Translations under genes and position numbers: made by a program
Notes under the pieces: model-generated
Databases searched by the model: none
Seen by the model: the letters and a program-made list of their open reading frames with translations, nothing else
Told to the model about the DNA's origin: nothing
Assembly: GCA_019695305.1 (NCBI GenBank)
Contig: JAIBAG010000005.1
Coordinates: 3,361-67,360 of the forward strand
Direction of reading: 5' to 3'
Length of the DNA stretch: 64,000 nucleotides
DNA from: a bacterium
Lineage (GTDB): Bacteria > UBA10199 > JAIBAG01
Shown here: positions 46,842 through 58,916 of the stretch, in pieces
Layout of the letters: each line of letters begins with the position of its first letter
Position numbering within the stretch: the first letter of the stretch is position 1

Positions 46842-47849
46842 TTAGGGAGTTGCTTGAATTAAATTAACCTCACGCAGGCGTTCGGCCCCAATAAAGCTTA
46901 ATAAGGCTTCTTTAGTAGAAAAACGGGGCACAAAACCCAATTCTTTTTTGGCTTTACTGCCATCGGCAATGCATAAATAACGTAAAAAATTAACGTGCGA
47001 GGCAGGTGCAGGCGCCATATCTAAAAACCATAAAATTTGAACCATACTTTTAAAACCAATTTGTGGGAGAGGTACTTTTATTTTGCCCAAAATTTTAATC
47101 ACGCGTGATAAAGGCAAAACGCCATCACCCACAATATTAAAAACACCGTTAGCATCCTTTTCAATAGCTAGTAAAAAAGCACGTACCATGTCGTCCTCGT
47201 GCAAAAATTGAAAGAGGGGGTCAAAGCCCATCATGCTGGTGATAAAAAAACGTTTAAAAAAACGGGTTTTGTAGCTTTCAATAGTGGGTCCTAATATAGA
47301 ACAGGGGCGTAAAATAGTGACAATAGAACCAGGATGACGTTTGCCGTACTTTAAAATGGTATTTTCAGCTTCAATTTTATCTACCAAATAACGGCTTAGG
47401 CCGCGACCATTTGGAGTATGTAGGTCTTCATGTAAAAAATTGGGATTATCCGGGTTAGCGCCATAAACATCGGTAGTAGACGATAAAATAATTTTACGTA
47501 CTTTGGCTTCGGCACAGGCATTGGTGATGTACATGGTGCCAATAGAAATAAGCTCATGCGCATACGATTCGTTTTTTGGAGGGGTAATGGGAACTGCACA
47601 GTGCACTAAAGTATCGCATTTTTCTTTTTTCAAAATTTCAGCTAACTGAACATCGGCCAAGGTTTCGGTTAAATCAAATTTATAATAAACGGTTTTTTTG
47701 AGTGGGATCGACGGTTTCTTTTTGTCCAGTGCCACAATACGAGTATAACGTGGATCTTCTTCTAAGGCTTTTAATACACGCATCCCCTTAAAGCTAGAGG
47801 TGCCTGTGATAACAATACTTTTATCTTTTAAAACCTTAGTTTTGGGCAT
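46842..47849 (-). CDS. NAD-dependent epimerase/dehydratase family protein (extended SDR)
   Basis: 335 aa with the N-terminal ITGTSSFKG dinucleotide motif and Yxxx(K)-type SDR features. Confidence 0.75.
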   Translation of the reverse strand: MPKTKVLKDKSIVITGTSSFKGMRVLKALEEDPRYTRIVALDKKKPSIPLKKTVYYKFDLTETLADVQLAEILKKEKCDTLVHCAVPITPPKNESYAHELISIGTMYITNACAEAKVRKIILSSTTDVYGANPDNPNFLHEDLHTPNGRGLSRYLVDKIEAENTILKYGKRHPGSIVTILRPCSILGPTIESYKTRFFKRFFITSMMGFDPLFQFLHEDDMVRAFLLAIEKDANGVFNIVGDGVLPLSRVIKILGKIKVPLPQIGFKSMVQILWFLDMAPAPASHVNFLRYLCIADGSKAKKELGFVPRFSTKEALLSFIGAERLREVNLIQATP

Positions 47850-48273
47850 TGGTTAAATGCTCCTTTGCCTTGCTGTAAAATAAATACGTAATAAGAAAAA
47901 TTGGACCATCCGAAAGCACGCCTACCAAATAGGCAAACGACTTTTGATAGGTAAGAAAGAAAATCATAAAAAAAGTAGTGGATACAAACTTAGAAAGCAA
48001 GATGGGTGGTACTACCACATGATTTTTTAAAATGTCTTTTTGGCCCAGGTAACAGAGAAAAACCAAAGTAAACATGAGCGACATGGTGAGTGTTAGCCAA
48101 AAATGCTCGCTGGGCATAGGTAGCATGCCCAAATGAGGGGCAACTCTTAAACCAATAGCATTAATGGTGGTCAGTAACCTGTCACCAAAAAAGAGGAACA
48201 CAATGGAAGAGCCTAAAAAGGCAAACATCCAGAATTTAAGTAAGTTTTTTAATCTGTTAACGGATGGGTGCAT
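47836..48273 (-). CDS. small polytopic membrane protein
   Basis: 145 aa with 4 predicted TMs. Same operon as the epimerase and acyltransferase. Confidence 0.5.
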   Translation of the reverse strand: MHPSVNRLKNLLKFWMFAFLGSSIVFLFFGDRLLTTINAIGLRVAPHLGMLPMPSEHFWLTLTMSLMFTLVFLCYLGQKDILKNHVVVPPILLSKFVSTTFFMIFFLTYQKSFAYLVGVLSDGPIFLITYLFYSKAKEHLTNAQN

Positions 48274-48564
48274 GGGCGCATCTTATGAGAAAAGCTAGTG
48301 CAGTAGCAAGAAAAAAGGGCTTTATTTGTTAGAATAACGCAGAAATTCCAGGAAGGTATGTGGTTTTTTATCTACGAGGGCGTGGTAGAGAACTTTTACA
48401 TAAAACAGCGGGCCAAACAGCTTGGCTATAAGCCAGGGGTGACTAAGGATTTGCTTATTGTTCACTAATCCCGATACCATCTTTACTCCTCATAGTCTTA
48501 AACGGCTTATCTTTATTAAAACTCAACCTTTCTTTTGGGTTAAAAATCCGTTATAAACAAGTGT

Positions 48565-49008
48565 ATGAAAAACCTTATATTTTCGTTCTTTATTCTTATC
48601 CTTACCTCCCAAACGGCTTGGGCCATTGAAGGCATCCATGGCCAAAAAACCCCTTGTTTTAACTTTGAAAAAGGCAAATTTGATAATTGTTTGGTAAATG
48701 TAGAAGCCTCTCAAATGACTTTACTAAGACCTTTTCCGGGTGAAAAAAGCATTGTGCTAGGCGCCACCATTAAGCGTTTGGTGCAGTACAGTTCTCAAGC
48801 CAACGCTCCCAGCACACTACCGGTAAGTTTAGATGTGATCACGGTTTCGGTTCCTTTTAGCGGTAGTCCACAGGATGTGATGCTGGGCGTGGTGTATGAA
48901 GAAGATGCTAAAACCAAGGTACTGCTCTTAAAAATGAAAGAAACCGAGGTAACGCCACTTAAATTGTGGTTGGAAACAGCGAGCGGCAAGCGTTTTGAGC
49001 TACAATAA
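48565..49008 (+). CDS. secreted hypothetical protein
   Basis: 147 aa with a signal peptide MKNLIFSFFILILTSQTAWA. Confidence 0.5.
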   Translation: MKNLIFSFFILILTSQTAWAIEGIHGQKTPCFNFEKGKFDNCLVNVEASQMTLLRPFPGEKSIVLGATIKRLVQYSSQANAPSTLPVSLDVITVSVPFSGSPQDVMLGVVYEEDAKTKVLLLKMKETEVTPLKLWLETASGKRFELQ

Positions 49009-49051
49009 AGGCGTTGACGCTAAGGCCATATCCTATTATCACTAGCTCCTC

Positions 49052-50149
49052 ATGGATCCTTTTTTACAGTCAATAGAACATAAAATTGATAATGCAATTA
49101 GGCTTACCACCGATGATGCCTTAAAGCTTTATGAAACCAATGATTTAGTAGCTTTAGGCAAACTGGCCAATAAAGTACGCGAAAAAAAACACGGCTCTAA
49201 AACCTATTATATTGTGAACAAGCATATCGATTATTCCAATGTGTGCGTTCTTTCCTGCAAATTTTGCGCTTTTTACCGCCGTAAAGGTGAAGAGGGCAGT
49301 TTTGAGTATTCCATCCAAGACATTGTAAATAAGGTAAAATCGGGCGTTCCTAAAGGGATTACAGAAGTCCATATTGTGGGTGGTTTTCATCCCACGCACC
49401 CTTGGGAATTTTATACGGGCATGGTGCAGGCTATTAAAAAGGAAGCGCCGCATGTGCATGTAAAGGCTTTTACAGCTGCCGAAATTCGCTATTTTTCCAA
49501 ACGCTTTAAAAAAACAGAAGAACAGGTATTAAAAGAACTGATGGTTGCAGGCCTTGATTCGATGCCTGGTGGTGGTGCCGAAATTTTTGATTGGGAAGTA
49601 CGCAAAGAAATTTGCGGGCCCAAGGGGCCGGCTGAGCAATGGATTGATACGCATCGTTTAGCGCACAAGATGGGATTAAGAAGTAATGCTACAATGCTAT
49701 ATGGTCATATAGAAAATTTAAGACATCGCGTAAATCACATGGAAACTGTACGTACCTTACAGGATGAAACGGGCGGTTTTTTGTCGTTTATTCCTTTGTC
49801 TTTTAACCCCAAAGATACCGAATACGAAAGCCGTGGTTATACCAGCGGCATGGATGATTTAAAAACCTTGGCTGTGGCTCGCCTCTTTATGGATAATATC
49901 CGCCATATTAAAGCCTATTGGATTATGTCCGGTTTAGAATCCGCACAACTCGCCCAATATTTTGGTGCGGATGATTTGCATGGTACCGTGATGGAAGAAA
50001 ATATCACACACATGGCCGGCGGCATTGCCCCCGAAGACATGCCTGATTATCAATTACGCAATCTTATTTTTGAATCGGGCCGTACTCCTGTAGAACGTGA
50101 TTCGCTGTATAACGAACTGCGTACTTTTACACCTTCTTTAGTAGCTTAA
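49052..50149 (+). CDS. radical SAM enzyme of the CofH/MqnC/MqnE family (futalosine menaquinone pathway)
   Basis: 365 aa with CxxxCxxC (CKFCAF) and mqnC/mqnE-type conservation. Confidence 0.8.
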   Translation: MDPFLQSIEHKIDNAIRLTTDDALKLYETNDLVALGKLANKVREKKHGSKTYYIVNKHIDYSNVCVLSCKFCAFYRRKGEEGSFEYSIQDIVNKVKSGVPKGITEVHIVGGFHPTHPWEFYTGMVQAIKKEAPHVHVKAFTAAEIRYFSKRFKKTEEQVLKELMVAGLDSMPGGGAEIFDWEVRKEICGPKGPAEQWIDTHRLAHKMGLRSNATMLYGHIENLRHRVNHMETVRTLQDETGGFLSFIPLSFNPKDTEYESRGYTSGMDDLKTLAVARLFMDNIRHIKAYWIMSGLESAQLAQYFGADDLHGTVMEENITHMAGGIAPEDMPDYQLRNLIFESGRTPVERDSLYNELRTFTPSLVA

Positions 50150-50887
50150 TTCCACTTCACCAATAATCCCGTGACATTTTGTATGGGTGGCAACGATAGC
50201 ATGGGTGGTTTTGTTACTCATCAGACGTTCCCATTCGTTAGCAATTTTTTGAATAGAAATACCCACCACGCCGTAAGCTAATTGCGGGCAGTTGAAGATA
50301 TGTGCGGTGTGGGTTTTATTTTCAAACTTCATTTTAAGATCTGCGAGCGATAGCTCAAAATCCCAATCGCGTTTATCATTTTTACCAGGGCAAAAGGAGG
50401 GCTCATCACAATCGATAGGGCATACCCAGGTGGCGTAACTGATGGCGCATACGCCTGAATCAAAAGTTTTTTGGAAGGGGAGATTAAGATCGGTTTCAAA
50501 GTTTTTGATTTGAGTTTTAATATTTTCTTGTTCTGCTAATTTGAGAAAAAGCTGAAATAGAACATGCGGGGCGGTGTGATCGGGGATTAAGATATCAAAA
50601 GAACCTACCCCACCTGGCCTCCCCTTACAAAGGGGAGGAACGTTTTTTTTCCCTCCTTTGTAAGGAGGGGTTAGGGAAGGTAGAGAGCTTAAAAAACCGG
50701 CATACGTGTTTACAATTTGCTTTACTTCCGGATGTTCTTTTGCGGCCCAACCGCCAAGCACTTCATCTATATAATAGATGTTATTAAAATGAAGAAGTCC
50801 CTCGTTTTGGGCACGTTTTAGTTTGGTGATGTAATCGGAGGAGAGTTTGTGGGAACCTAAGACGTAGATGTTACGAATAGTGGTCAT
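50138..50887 (-). CDS. hypothetical Cys-rich protein co-transcribed with gltBD, carrying an in-frame MITE/REP-like element insertion
   Basis: 249-aa ORF. Its start overlaps the gltD stop by 4 nt. Residues about 68 to 95 (TPPYKGGKKNVPPLCKGRPGGVG) are encoded by the palindromic element at 50606..50684. The C-terminal part has the metal-binding-like CPIDCDEPSFC. Confidence 0.55.
   Translation of the reverse strand: MTTIRNIYVLGSHKLSSDYITKLKRAQNEGLLHFNNIYYIDEVLGGWAAKEHPEVKQIVNTYAGFLSSLPSLTPPYKGGKKNVPPLCKGRPGGVGSFDILIPDHTAPHVLFQLFLKLAEQENIKTQIKNFETDLNLPFQKTFDSGVCAISYATWVCPIDCDEPSFCPGKNDKRDWDFELSLADLKMKFENKTHTAHIFNCPQLAYGVVGISIQKIANEWERLMSNKTTHAIVATHTKCHGIIGEVELSY
50606..50684. repeat. MITE/REP-like element copy 5, degenerate termini, inserted in frame in a CDS
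   Basis: CTACCCCACCTGGCCTCCCC-TTACAAA-GGGGAGGAACG-T8-CCCTCCTTTGTAAGGAGGGG-TTAGGGAAGG. The termini read CTACC...GGTTAGG instead of GTAAC...GTTAC, so no stop is introduced. Confidence 0.75.
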
Positions 50888-52317
50888 CCCCGTAATTCCG
50901 AATACCCCATCAAATGCTCATCAATAGCTTTGGCACACTGGCGGCCTTCGGCAATGGCCCAAACAATCAGCGATTGACCGCGGCGCATGTCACCAGCAGT
51001 AAAGACACCTTTTACGCTCGTCATCTTGTTTTTATCGGCTTTTACATTGCCGCGTTCGTCGATTTCGAGTTTGAGATCGGTTAAAAGATTCTTTTTATCG
51101 GGGCCCACAAAACCCATGGCTAAAAAGACATAATCGGCCGGTAAGCTAAATTCGCTGCCCGGGATTTCTTTAAAGCTGGTTTTGCCATTGGCATCTTGCG
51201 TCCATTCAATTTTTACAGCGTTAAGTTTTTTAACACCGTTTGCATCACCTTCAAAATTTTTGGTGAGGATGGCAAATTCACGCACGCCACCTTCGGCGTG
51301 GGCCGTGGACACACGGTAAATCACCGGCCATTGTGGCCAGGGGTTTTTAGCATCGCGTGTTTCGGGAGGACGGCTTAAAAGTTCAATCTGATGAATGCTT
51401 TTAGCCCCCTGACGGTGAGCAGTACCCAAACAATCGGCACCGGTATCACCACCACCGATGATAATCACATTTTTATCTTTTACATTGATGGCATCTTTAA
51501 CTTCCATGCCGGCATTAAGACGGTTCTGGCGAGTTAAATATTCCATCGCAAAATGAATGTTTTTAAACTCACGGCCGGGGATGGGGAGATCACGAGGGAT
51601 GGTTGATCCACCGCACAAGGCAACAGCATCAAAATCTTTTTTAAGTTGGTCGGCGGTGATGTCTACACCTACATTCACGCTGGTCTTAAAGGTAACGCCT
51701 TCGGCTGTCATCTGTTCCATACGCGTATCAATACGGTATTTTTCCATTTTAAAATCAGGGATACCATAACGGAGGAGGCCACCGATTTTATCATCACGTT
51801 CAAAAACGGTAACGCTATGACCGGCACGCGCTAATTCCTGCGCACAAGCAAGTCCTGCAGGGCCGCTACCTACTACAGCCACTTTTTTGCCCGTTTTACT
51901 TTTTGGAGGCAGCGGTTTTACCCAGCCTTCTTTAAAAGCATGGTCGATAATATTAAATTCGAGATATTTAATGGTAACAGGTGGCTCATGTATACCCAGC
52001 ACGCACGAACCTTCGCAGGGAGCGGGGCAGAGGAGACCGGTAAATTCCGGAAAATTATTGGTGGCATGCAGTTCATCAATGGCATCTTTCCATTGATTTT
52101 TGTACACCATGTCGTTCCAATTGGGGATTAAGTTTCCTAAGGGGCAGCCCTGATGGCAAAAGGGCACGCCACAATCCATACAACGGGCGCCTTGTTTCTT
52201 GATTTCTTCTTCGGGATACTCGAGATAGAGTTCCTTATAATCTTTTAAACGTTCCGGAATAGCGCGCTCGGGGTAGGAGGTGCGTTTATATTCCATGAAG
52301 CCAGTTGGTTTACCCAT
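50884..52317 (-). CDS. gltD: glutamate synthase small (beta) subunit
   Basis: 477 aa with N-terminal 4Fe-4S Cys clusters and the FAD/NADPH dinucleotide motif [14 protein letters not shown]. Confidence 0.92.
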   Translation of the reverse strand: MGKPTGFMEYKRTSYPERAIPERLKDYKELYLEYPEEEIKKQGARCMDCGVPFCHQGCPLGNLIPNWNDMVYKNQWKDAIDELHATNNFPEFTGLLCPAPCEGSCVLGIHEPPVTIKYLEFNIIDHAFKEGWVKPLPPKSKTGKKVAVVGSGPAGLACAQELARAGHSVTVFERDDKIGGLLRYGIPDFKMEKYRIDTRMEQMTAEGVTFKTSVNVGVDITADQLKKDFDAVALCGGSTIPRDLPIPGREFKNIHFAMEYLTRQNRLNAGMEVKDAINVKDKNVIIIGGGDTGADCLGTAHRQGAKSIHQIELLSRPPETRDAKNPWPQWPVIYRVSTAHAEGGVREFAILTKNFEGDANGVKKLNAVKIEWTQDANGKTSFKEIPGSEFSLPADYVFLAMGFVGPDKKNLLTDLKLEIDERGNVKADKNKMTSVKGVFTAGDMRRGQSLIVWAIAEGRQCAKAIDEHLMGYSELRG

Positions 52318-55300
52318 ACATGGCCTCCTTTTCGGTAATATTTAATTCTTTCATTTTCTTTCTCACGCCAGCAATAGCGGCTTTATAATCTTTAGGCATA
52401 ACTCGTACAAAATTGCCTATTTCATTTTTTAAATTATCCAATATTTTTTTACCAACTGTACTGCCTGTATATTGAACATGGTTTGTTAGAAGCGTTTTTA
52501 AAGTTTCTAAATCTTCGGGCTCGTCACAGGGTTCCATTTCTACCATTTCGGTGTTGCAATTGATGGAAAAGCTTTTATCGGCATCGTAGACATACGCAAT
52601 GCCTCCGCTCATACCGGCACCAAAATTACGTCCGGTTTTACCCAGTACCACCACGCGGCCACCAGTCATGTATTCACAGCCATGGTCGCCCACACCTTCT
52701 ACAACGGTAACAGCACCGCTGTTGCGTACGCAAAAACGTTCGCCGGCAACTCCTCTAAAATAGGCTTCACCACCCGTTGCGCCATACAACACCACATTGC
52801 CTACCACCATGTTGGCTTCGGGCACAAAGGGCGCTTTTTTATCGGGATACACAATCACTTTGCCGCCCGATAAACCTTTGCCCACGTAATCGTTAGCATC
52901 ACCTTCTAATTCAAGCGTGATGCCTTTGGGAACAAAAGCTCCAAAACTTTGTCCGGCAGAGCCTTTAAAATTAAAGTGGATGGTATCGTTTGCAAGTCCT
53001 TCGCCACCATAACGTTTGGTGAGCTCGTGGCCCAACATGGTACCGGTGGTGCGGTTACGGTTGTTGATGGTAAATTCGGCGCGCACTTGCTTTTTACTGT
53101 CTAAAGCAGGGGCTGCTTTTTTAATAAGATCATTATCTAAAACTTTATCTAAACCATGATCTTGCTCAATCACCTTGCGTACAGGCACTTTATTAGCAAG
53201 TGCAGGGCGATGGAAAATTTTGGAATAATCTAGGCCTTTGGCTTTGTAATGAAGAATTGCCTGATTGAGATCTAATTTATCCACGCGGCCAATCATGTCG
53301 TCTACGGTTCTAAAACCAAGCTCGGCCATAATTTCGCGTAATTCTTGCGCCACAAATTTAAAAAAGCGCACAGCGTATTCGGGTTTTCCAATAAATTTTT
53401 TGCGTAATTCCGGATTTTGCGTGGCAATACCAGCAGGACAGGTATCGAGATGACAGACACGCATCAGAATACAACCCATGGTTACAAGAGGAGCCGTAGA
53501 AAATCCAAATTCTTCAGCTCCTAAAAGAGCGCCAATAGCCACATCGCGGCCCGTTTTTAACTGACCGTCAACTTCTACGCGGATGCGGTCACGCAATTTA
53601 TTAGTCACAAGCGTTTGCTGTGTTTCGGCTAAACCCAATTCCCACGGGATACCGGCGTGCTTAATGCTGGTAAGAGGAGAAGCACCCGTTCCGCCGTCGT
53701 AACCCGAAATAAGCACTAAATCGGCGTGCGCTTTAGCCACACCAGCGGCTACTGTTCCTACACCCACTTCCGAAACAAGTTTTACCGAAATCCCGGCTTT
53801 AGGATTTGAATTTTTTAAATCAAAAATAAGCTGAGCCAAATCTTCGATGGAATAAATGTCGTGATGCGGAGGAGGCGAAATAAGACCCACATACGGCGTA
53901 GAGTGACGTACTTTGGCAATCCAGGGCCAAACTTTTTTTCCAGGCAATTGTCCGCCTTCGCCGGGCTTAGCGCCTTGTGCCATCTTAATTTGAATTTCGT
54001 CGGCCTCAGTTAAGTAATGGCTTGTTACACCAAAACGGCCGCTGGCTACTTGTTTAATTCGGCTGCGTTTTAAATCGCCATTAGCCGCTGGCACAAAACG
54101 AGCAGGATCTTCGCCACCTTCACCGGTGTTTGATTTGCCGCCAATGCGATTCATGGCAATAGCTAGCCCCTCATGAGCTTCGGCACTAATAGAACCAAAC
54201 GACATAGCACCCGTTTTAAAACGTTTTAAAATAGATTCAATAGGCTCTACTTGCTCAATAGGGATAGGACTTTGATTCACAAACTTCATCAAGCCACGCA
54301 AAGTGCATAAATGTTCCGATTGATCGTTAATGAGTTTGGCGTATTCTTTATACGTGCCGTAATTATCTTGGTGTGTGGCGTGCTGAAGCTTGGCCACCGT
54401 ATCGGGATTAAAAAGATGATAATTTCCCGTACGCCGCCATTGGTATTCGCCGCCTTCTTCCAATTTATAAATACCAGCATAGCGTTTAGGAAATGCTTTG
54501 GCGTGGCGCATGCCAATTTCTTTGGCTAACACATCAAAGCCAACACCTTCAATACGGGTAGCAGTGTTGGTAAAATACGCATCAATCACTTCGCGATTTA
54601 AACCAACAGCTTCAAAAATTTGAGCGCCTCTGTAACTTTGAATGGTAGAAATACCCATTTTAGACATCACCTTCACGATGCCTTTTTTAACGGCCTTTTT
54701 AAAATTAAGAACGGCTTTTTTGTGATCGAGTCCTGTTACAATTTGCCCCGCAATCATGTCATCAAAAGTTTCAAAAGCCACATACGGGTTAATAGCAGCA
54801 GCACCATAACCCAACAAAAGAGCAAAGTGGTGCACTTCGCGTGGTTCGCCCGATTCAAGCACTAAACCGGTTTTTACACGAAGACCTTCTTTCACTAAAA
54901 AGTGATGGAGGCCTGCTGTGGCCATTAAAGAAGGAATAGGGGCTAAGGTATCCGAAATACCGCGGTCGGATAAAATAAGGATATTGCTGCCGGTCTCAAT
55001 AGCTTTTTTGGCATCAGAAAAAAGTTGATCCATGGCGGCCCTTAAACCTTGGGCGCCTTTAGAAACTTCAAATAAAATAGGAAGCGTTTTTGATTTAAAT
55101 CCTTGGTAAGGATTTTTTTCGAGAGCCACCAGTTTAGCAAATTCATCATTGTCTAAAATTGGATTGCTAATTTTAATTTGGTGACAGTTTTCGGGAGTAG
55201 GTTCTAGTAAATTTTTTTCGGCACCAATGGTGGTATCCATGGATGTAACCAATTCTTCACGGATCGCATCGAGTGGCGGGTTAGTAACCTGAGCAAATAA

Positions 55301-56902
55301 TTGCTTAAAATAAAAAAACAGTGATTGTGGTTTTTCAGATAAGACAGCCAGTGAGGTATCGGTTCCCATAGAACCCATGCCTTCCTCACCGTTCACAATC
55401 ATAGGTGTGAGTAAGATTTTAATATCTTCATCGGTGTAGCCAAACAAATTTTGCTTTTTAAGCAAAGTAGAATGGTCGGGCTGCGGATCGTGCGAAGATG
55501 CGGGTAAATCGTCTAGTGCTACTAAATGTTTTTTGAGCCATTCCCCATAAGGCTGTTTGCGCACCAACTCATTTTTAATTTCTTCGTCTTCAATAATGCG
55601 TCCTTTTACCGTGTCCACCAAAAACATACGGCCGGGTTGCAGACGTCCTTTTTTAACCACTGTTTCAGGTGCAATATCATCTAAAACACCCACTTCACTG
55701 GCTAAAATGACTAAATCATCTTTGGTTACATAAAAACGTCCGGGGCGTAATCCGTTACGATCAAGCACAGCACCAGCCATGTGACCATCGGTAAAACCGA
55801 TATAGGCGGGACCATCCCAGGGTTCCATAAGGGAAGCGTGATATTCGTAAAAATCTTTTTTATCTTGCGGCATGGTTTTATGCCCGCTCCAGGCTTCAGG
55901 AATCATCATCATGATGGCATGAGGAAGCGAATAACCGCTGTGCACCAATACTTCTAATGCATTATCAAAAATAGCCGAGTCGGAATAACCTTCGGAAACA
56001 ATGGGCAATATTTTTTCAAGTTCGTTGCCAAAGTTTTTAGATTCAAACATGGCCTCACGAGCCCGCATCCAGTTAATGTTGCCGCGTAGAGTATTAATTT
56101 CACCGTTGTGGCAAATAAAACGGAACGGTTGTGCTAATTCCCAACGTGGAAATGTATTGGTAGAAAAACGGGAGTGCACAAGCGCAATAGCCGATTGTAA
56201 AAGCGGATTGGTTAAATCTTTAAAGAATGGACGGACCTGGTGCGAGATGAGCATCCCTTTGTAAATAAAAATACGTGAAGAAAGAGAAGGAATGTACACC
56301 GAGGCTTTATCCACCAAGGTAGAATTTTTTACAGTTTTTTCAAAAGTTTTACGGATGATATAAAGCCTACGTTCAAAAGCCTCTTCAAAAGTACCAGGTA
56401 AATTAGGACCTTTGTCGCCCACGCCAATAAACACTTGTTCAAAATGAGGCATGGGTTCACGCGCTGTGGGCCCAATCATGCTATCATCAATAGGAATTTG
56501 GCGAAAACCCAACAGTGTTTGCCCGTTTTCAATCACAATGCGTTTTAGCATTTCACGGGTTTTATCGCGTTCGCTGGCTAGTTTTCCCGACAGAAAAATG
56601 AGACCAGAGGCGTATTTCCCTTTTTCGGGCAAATCGATATTGTTTTCTTTAGCTACAGCCACGTTAAGCGCATGCGGCATTTGAATAAGGATTCCGGCGC
56701 CATCACCAGTATTTTCTTCACAACCGCAGGCCCCGCGATGCTCTAAATTTTCAAGAGCAGTAAGAGCCTTGCTCACAATGTCGTGCGAGGCGATGCCTTT
56801 CATTTGCACCATTAAAGCCACACCACAGCTGTCTTTATCGAGTGAGGTATTATAAAGGCCGTCATTACTTTCGGCTATTTTGCGTCGTTCTAATTCGTTC
56901 AT
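52310..56902 (-). CDS. gltB: glutamate synthase large (alpha) subunit
   Basis: 1530 aa with an N-terminal amidotransferase (CGVALMV...), the FMN/3Fe-4S central domain and the C-terminal GXGXG domain. Overlaps gltD by 8 nt. Confidence 0.95.
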   Translation of the reverse strand: MNELERRKIAESNDGLYNTSLDKDSCGVALMVQMKGIASHDIVSKALTALENLEHRGACGCEENTGDGAGILIQMPHALNVAVAKENNIDLPEKGKYASGLIFLSGKLASERDKTREMLKRIVIENGQTLLGFRQIPIDDSMIGPTAREPMPHFEQVFIGVGDKGPNLPGTFEEAFERRLYIIRKTFEKTVKNSTLVDKASVYIPSLSSRIFIYKGMLISHQVRPFFKDLTNPLLQSAIALVHSRFSTNTFPRWELAQPFRFICHNGEINTLRGNINWMRAREAMFESKNFGNELEKILPIVSEGYSDSAIFDNALEVLVHSGYSLPHAIMMMIPEAWSGHKTMPQDKKDFYEYHASLMEPWDGPAYIGFTDGHMAGAVLDRNGLRPGRFYVTKDDLVILASEVGVLDDIAPETVVKKGRLQPGRMFLVDTVKGRIIEDEEIKNELVRKQPYGEWLKKHLVALDDLPASSHDPQPDHSTLLKKQNLFGYTDEDIKILLTPMIVNGEEGMGSMGTDTSLAVLSEKPQSLFFYFKQLFAQVTNPPLDAIREELVTSMDTTIGAEKNLLEPTPENCHQIKISNPILDNDEFAKLVALEKNPYQGFKSKTLPILFEVSKGAQGLRAAMDQLFSDAKKAIETGSNILILSDRGISDTLAPIPSLMATAGLHHFLVKEGLRVKTGLVLESGEPREVHHFALLLGYGAAAINPYVAFETFDDMIAGQIVTGLDHKKAVLNFKKAVKKGIVKVMSKMGISTIQSYRGAQIFEAVGLNREVIDAYFTNTATRIEGVGFDVLAKEIGMRHAKAFPKRYAGIYKLEEGGEYQWRRTGNYHLFNPDTVAKLQHATHQDNYGTYKEYAKLINDQSEHLCTLRGLMKFVNQSPIPIEQVEPIESILKRFKTGAMSFGSISAEAHEGLAIAMNRIGGKSNTGEGGEDPARFVPAANGDLKRSRIKQVASGRFGVTSHYLTEADEIQIKMAQGAKPGEGGQLPGKKVWPWIAKVRHSTPYVGLISPPPHHDIYSIEDLAQLIFDLKNSNPKAGISVKLVSEVGVGTVAAGVAKAHADLVLISGYDGGTGASPLTSIKHAGIPWELGLAETQQTLVTNKLRDRIRVEVDGQLKTGRDVAIGALLGAEEFGFSTAPLVTMGCILMRVCHLDTCPAGIATQNPELRKKFIGKPEYAVRFFKFVAQELREIMAELGFRTVDDMIGRVDKLDLNQAILHYKAKGLDYSKIFHRPALANKVPVRKVIEQDHGLDKVLDNDLIKKAAPALDSKKQVRAEFTINNRNRTTGTMLGHELTKRYGGEGLANDTIHFNFKGSAGQSFGAFVPKGITLELEGDANDYVGKGLSGGKVIVYPDKKAPFVPEANMVVGNVVLYGATGGEAYFRGVAGERFCVRNSGAVTVVEGVGDHGCEYMTGGRVVVLGKTGRNFGAGMSGGIAYVYDADKSFSINCNTEMVEMEPCDEPEDLETLKTLLTNHVQYTGSTVGKKILDNLKNEIGNFVRVMPKDYKAAIAGVRKKMKELNITEKEAMYG

Positions 56903-56917
56903 TTAAATACAAGTGGA

Positions 56918-56990
56918 TGGTGGGTAGTGGATAGTCAATGGAAGAAGAAAGCCTTATGCCGTCCACCATCCACCATCCACCATGCACTTT
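56918..56990. promoter_or_regulatory. inverted repeat built from the GTGGATGGTGG motif in the gltB leader
   Basis: GTGGATGGTGGGTAGTGGATAG...N...CCATCCACCATCCACCATG. The arms are complementary and could form a long hairpin. The motif is shared with the sctV upstream region. Confidence 0.55.
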
Positions 56991-57094
56991 TGCGTAGGGC
57001 CGGCCAATATTGTCCAAAAAGATTATGATTTCAAGAGCTTTTCTGTAATTTTATAAAAAAATTGGATATTTTAAAAATGGATGACAAAATGAGG

Positions 57095-57868
57095 CTAATT
57101 ACTTGAAGGTCTTAGCTTTTTTATTTCTTTAAAGATGAAAAAAGCAGGTATTAAAAACCACATGGTGCTACATAAAGCCAAAAAATAGTCTTTTATCCAA
57201 AGTGTAATAAGTAAATTAAACAGGAAAACCCCTGTATACAAGCCAATGCCGCCTAAATGAATGAGACGGCTAAACACAGGTGCAAAGTATGGCTTTCTTA
57301 AAATTAATCCTGCCCATGCAATACAAAAACTTACTAGCAACCATCCTGCAAAATTAGAGAGTGGAACATTAAAATAAAAACCCGGATTGGGATAATAATA
57401 AATATCACCTAAAAACCAGCGGCCTCCCATGTGGGCTAAGGGATCTACAATTACATCTAACAATGTTGTAAAAAAGGCCGCGAGCCATGCTTTTTTAAAT
57501 GGAGCCAACTGCTGTGGAAAACTAAATTCAGCCACGCGTAATCCGGCATAGGTTAAAAAGACGTATGAAACCGAATCCCACACGGGTACTCCAAAATTAA
57601 AAAGTTCGCCGGGCATATTTTGATATTTATAAAAATACCACCCGTATGGAAAACCTGTGCGAATGGAAGACGCTTCCGAAATCCAGGCTATAAGATAACC
57701 TACAAAAAGAAAAACAAGTGAGTTGCGTAAACCTTCACGTTTAATACTTAAAAAAAGATAGGTGAGAAGAAACAAAAATACGTAAGGGCGTTTACAAATG
57801 GTAATGATGATGGAGTCGAGCATGTTAGCGGCTGCGTTCGGCTGCGTTTTTGCGGATGAGAGATACAA
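57095..57868 (-). CDS. polytopic integral membrane protein
   Basis: 257 aa with about 7 TMs. No confident family. Confidence 0.5.
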   Translation of the reverse strand: MYLSSAKTQPNAAANMLDSIIITICKRPYVFLFLLTYLFLSIKREGLRNSLVFLFVGYLIAWISEASSIRTGFPYGWYFYKYQNMPGELFNFGVPVWDSVSYVFLTYAGLRVAEFSFPQQLAPFKKAWLAAFFTTLLDVIVDPLAHMGGRWFLGDIYYYPNPGFYFNVPLSNFAGWLLVSFCIAWAGLILRKPYFAPVFSRLIHLGGIGLYTGVFLFNLLITLWIKDYFLALCSTMWFLIPAFFIFKEIKKLRPSSN

Positions 57869-58838
57869 AGGTATCTACAATTGCAGTATCCCATTGCCCG
57901 GTGGCGCGTTCACGTTCAAAAATGTCGGCTGCTTGCGTAGGGGCAATTCCTTTTCGATAAGGGCGGTTAGAAGTCATAGCATCAAAGGCATCGGTAATAG
58001 AACAAATACGGGCCAGTAACGGGATTTGGTCGCCGGTTAAGCCTTCGGGATGCCCTTTGCCATCCATACGTTCGTGATGGGAACGAATAATGGGCAATAA
58101 GTTTTTAAATGATTTTAATTTTTTACAAATATCGTAACCACGTTCAGGATGAGTGCGAATGTGGGCTATTTCTTCTTGGGTGAGCCGTGCTTCTTTATTA
58201 AGAACATCATCACGAACACCCACTTTGCCAATGTCGTGCAAAAGAGAACCTTTTTTAAGGTCGTCCAATTCTTGGGAATTAAGTCCCATTTCACGTCCGA
58301 GTAAAACGGAATATTTTGCAACACGCTCTGAATGACCACGCGTATAATTATCTTTGGCTTCTAAAGCTTCGGCTAAGGCAAAAACAATATTTTCGGAAGA
58401 GTCTAAATCGTCGTATAGTTGTTTTACTCTTAAAAGAGATTTAACACGCGTGATGAGCTCTAACTTATTATAGGGCTTCATTAAAAAGTCATCGGCGCCC
58501 AGCTCGATGGCTTTTAATTTGTCATCTAGCTCCCGTAAAGCCGTAACAATAATAGTGGGGATGAGATGCGTTTCGGGATTACTTTTGATGATTTTACAAA
58601 TTTCATAACCGCTCATGCGCGGCATCATGAGATCCAGCAAAATAAGATCGGGCGGTGTTTTTTTTATAATCTCAAGAGCCTCTTCGCCGTCGTACGCCTT
58701 TAAAATTTGATAATTAAATTGTTTAAGCTGAACCGAAACCAGTTCTACATTGGTAGGGTTATCGTCAACCACCAAAATTTTGGGAGTATTCAATACTGAA
58801 CTTTCGGAAGGGCGAAAAGATAATGCGGCTTGAGACAT
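57825..58838 (-). CDS. response regulator with HD-GYP phosphodiesterase domain (RpfG-like)
   Basis: REC domain (ILVVDDNPTN...LILLDLMMP...) fused to HD-GYP (...HSERVAKY...LLHDIGKVGV...HHERMDGKGYP-like). Start probably at MSQAAL. The ORF track extends to 58859. Confidence 0.8.
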   Translation of the reverse strand: MSQAALSFRPSESSVLNTPKILVVDDNPTNVELVSVQLKQFNYQILKAYDGEEALEIIKKTPPDLILLDLMMPRMSGYEICKIIKSNPETHLIPTIIVTALRELDDKLKAIELGADDFLMKPYNKLELITRVKSLLRVKQLYDDLDSSENIVFALAEALEAKDNYTRGHSERVAKYSVLLGREMGLNSQELDDLKKGSLLHDIGKVGVRDDVLNKEARLTQEEIAHIRTHPERGYDICKKLKSFKNLLPIIRSHHERMDGKGHPEGLTGDQIPLLARICSITDAFDAMTSNRPYRKGIAPTQAADIFERERATGQWDTAIVDTFVSLIRKNAAERSR

Positions 58839-58916
58839 AAATTTACTATAGCAAAACAAGTACTTGATAACAAGAAGGACTTGCTGGGAAGTGCTTTTTC
58901 CTGTAAAACAACCCAG

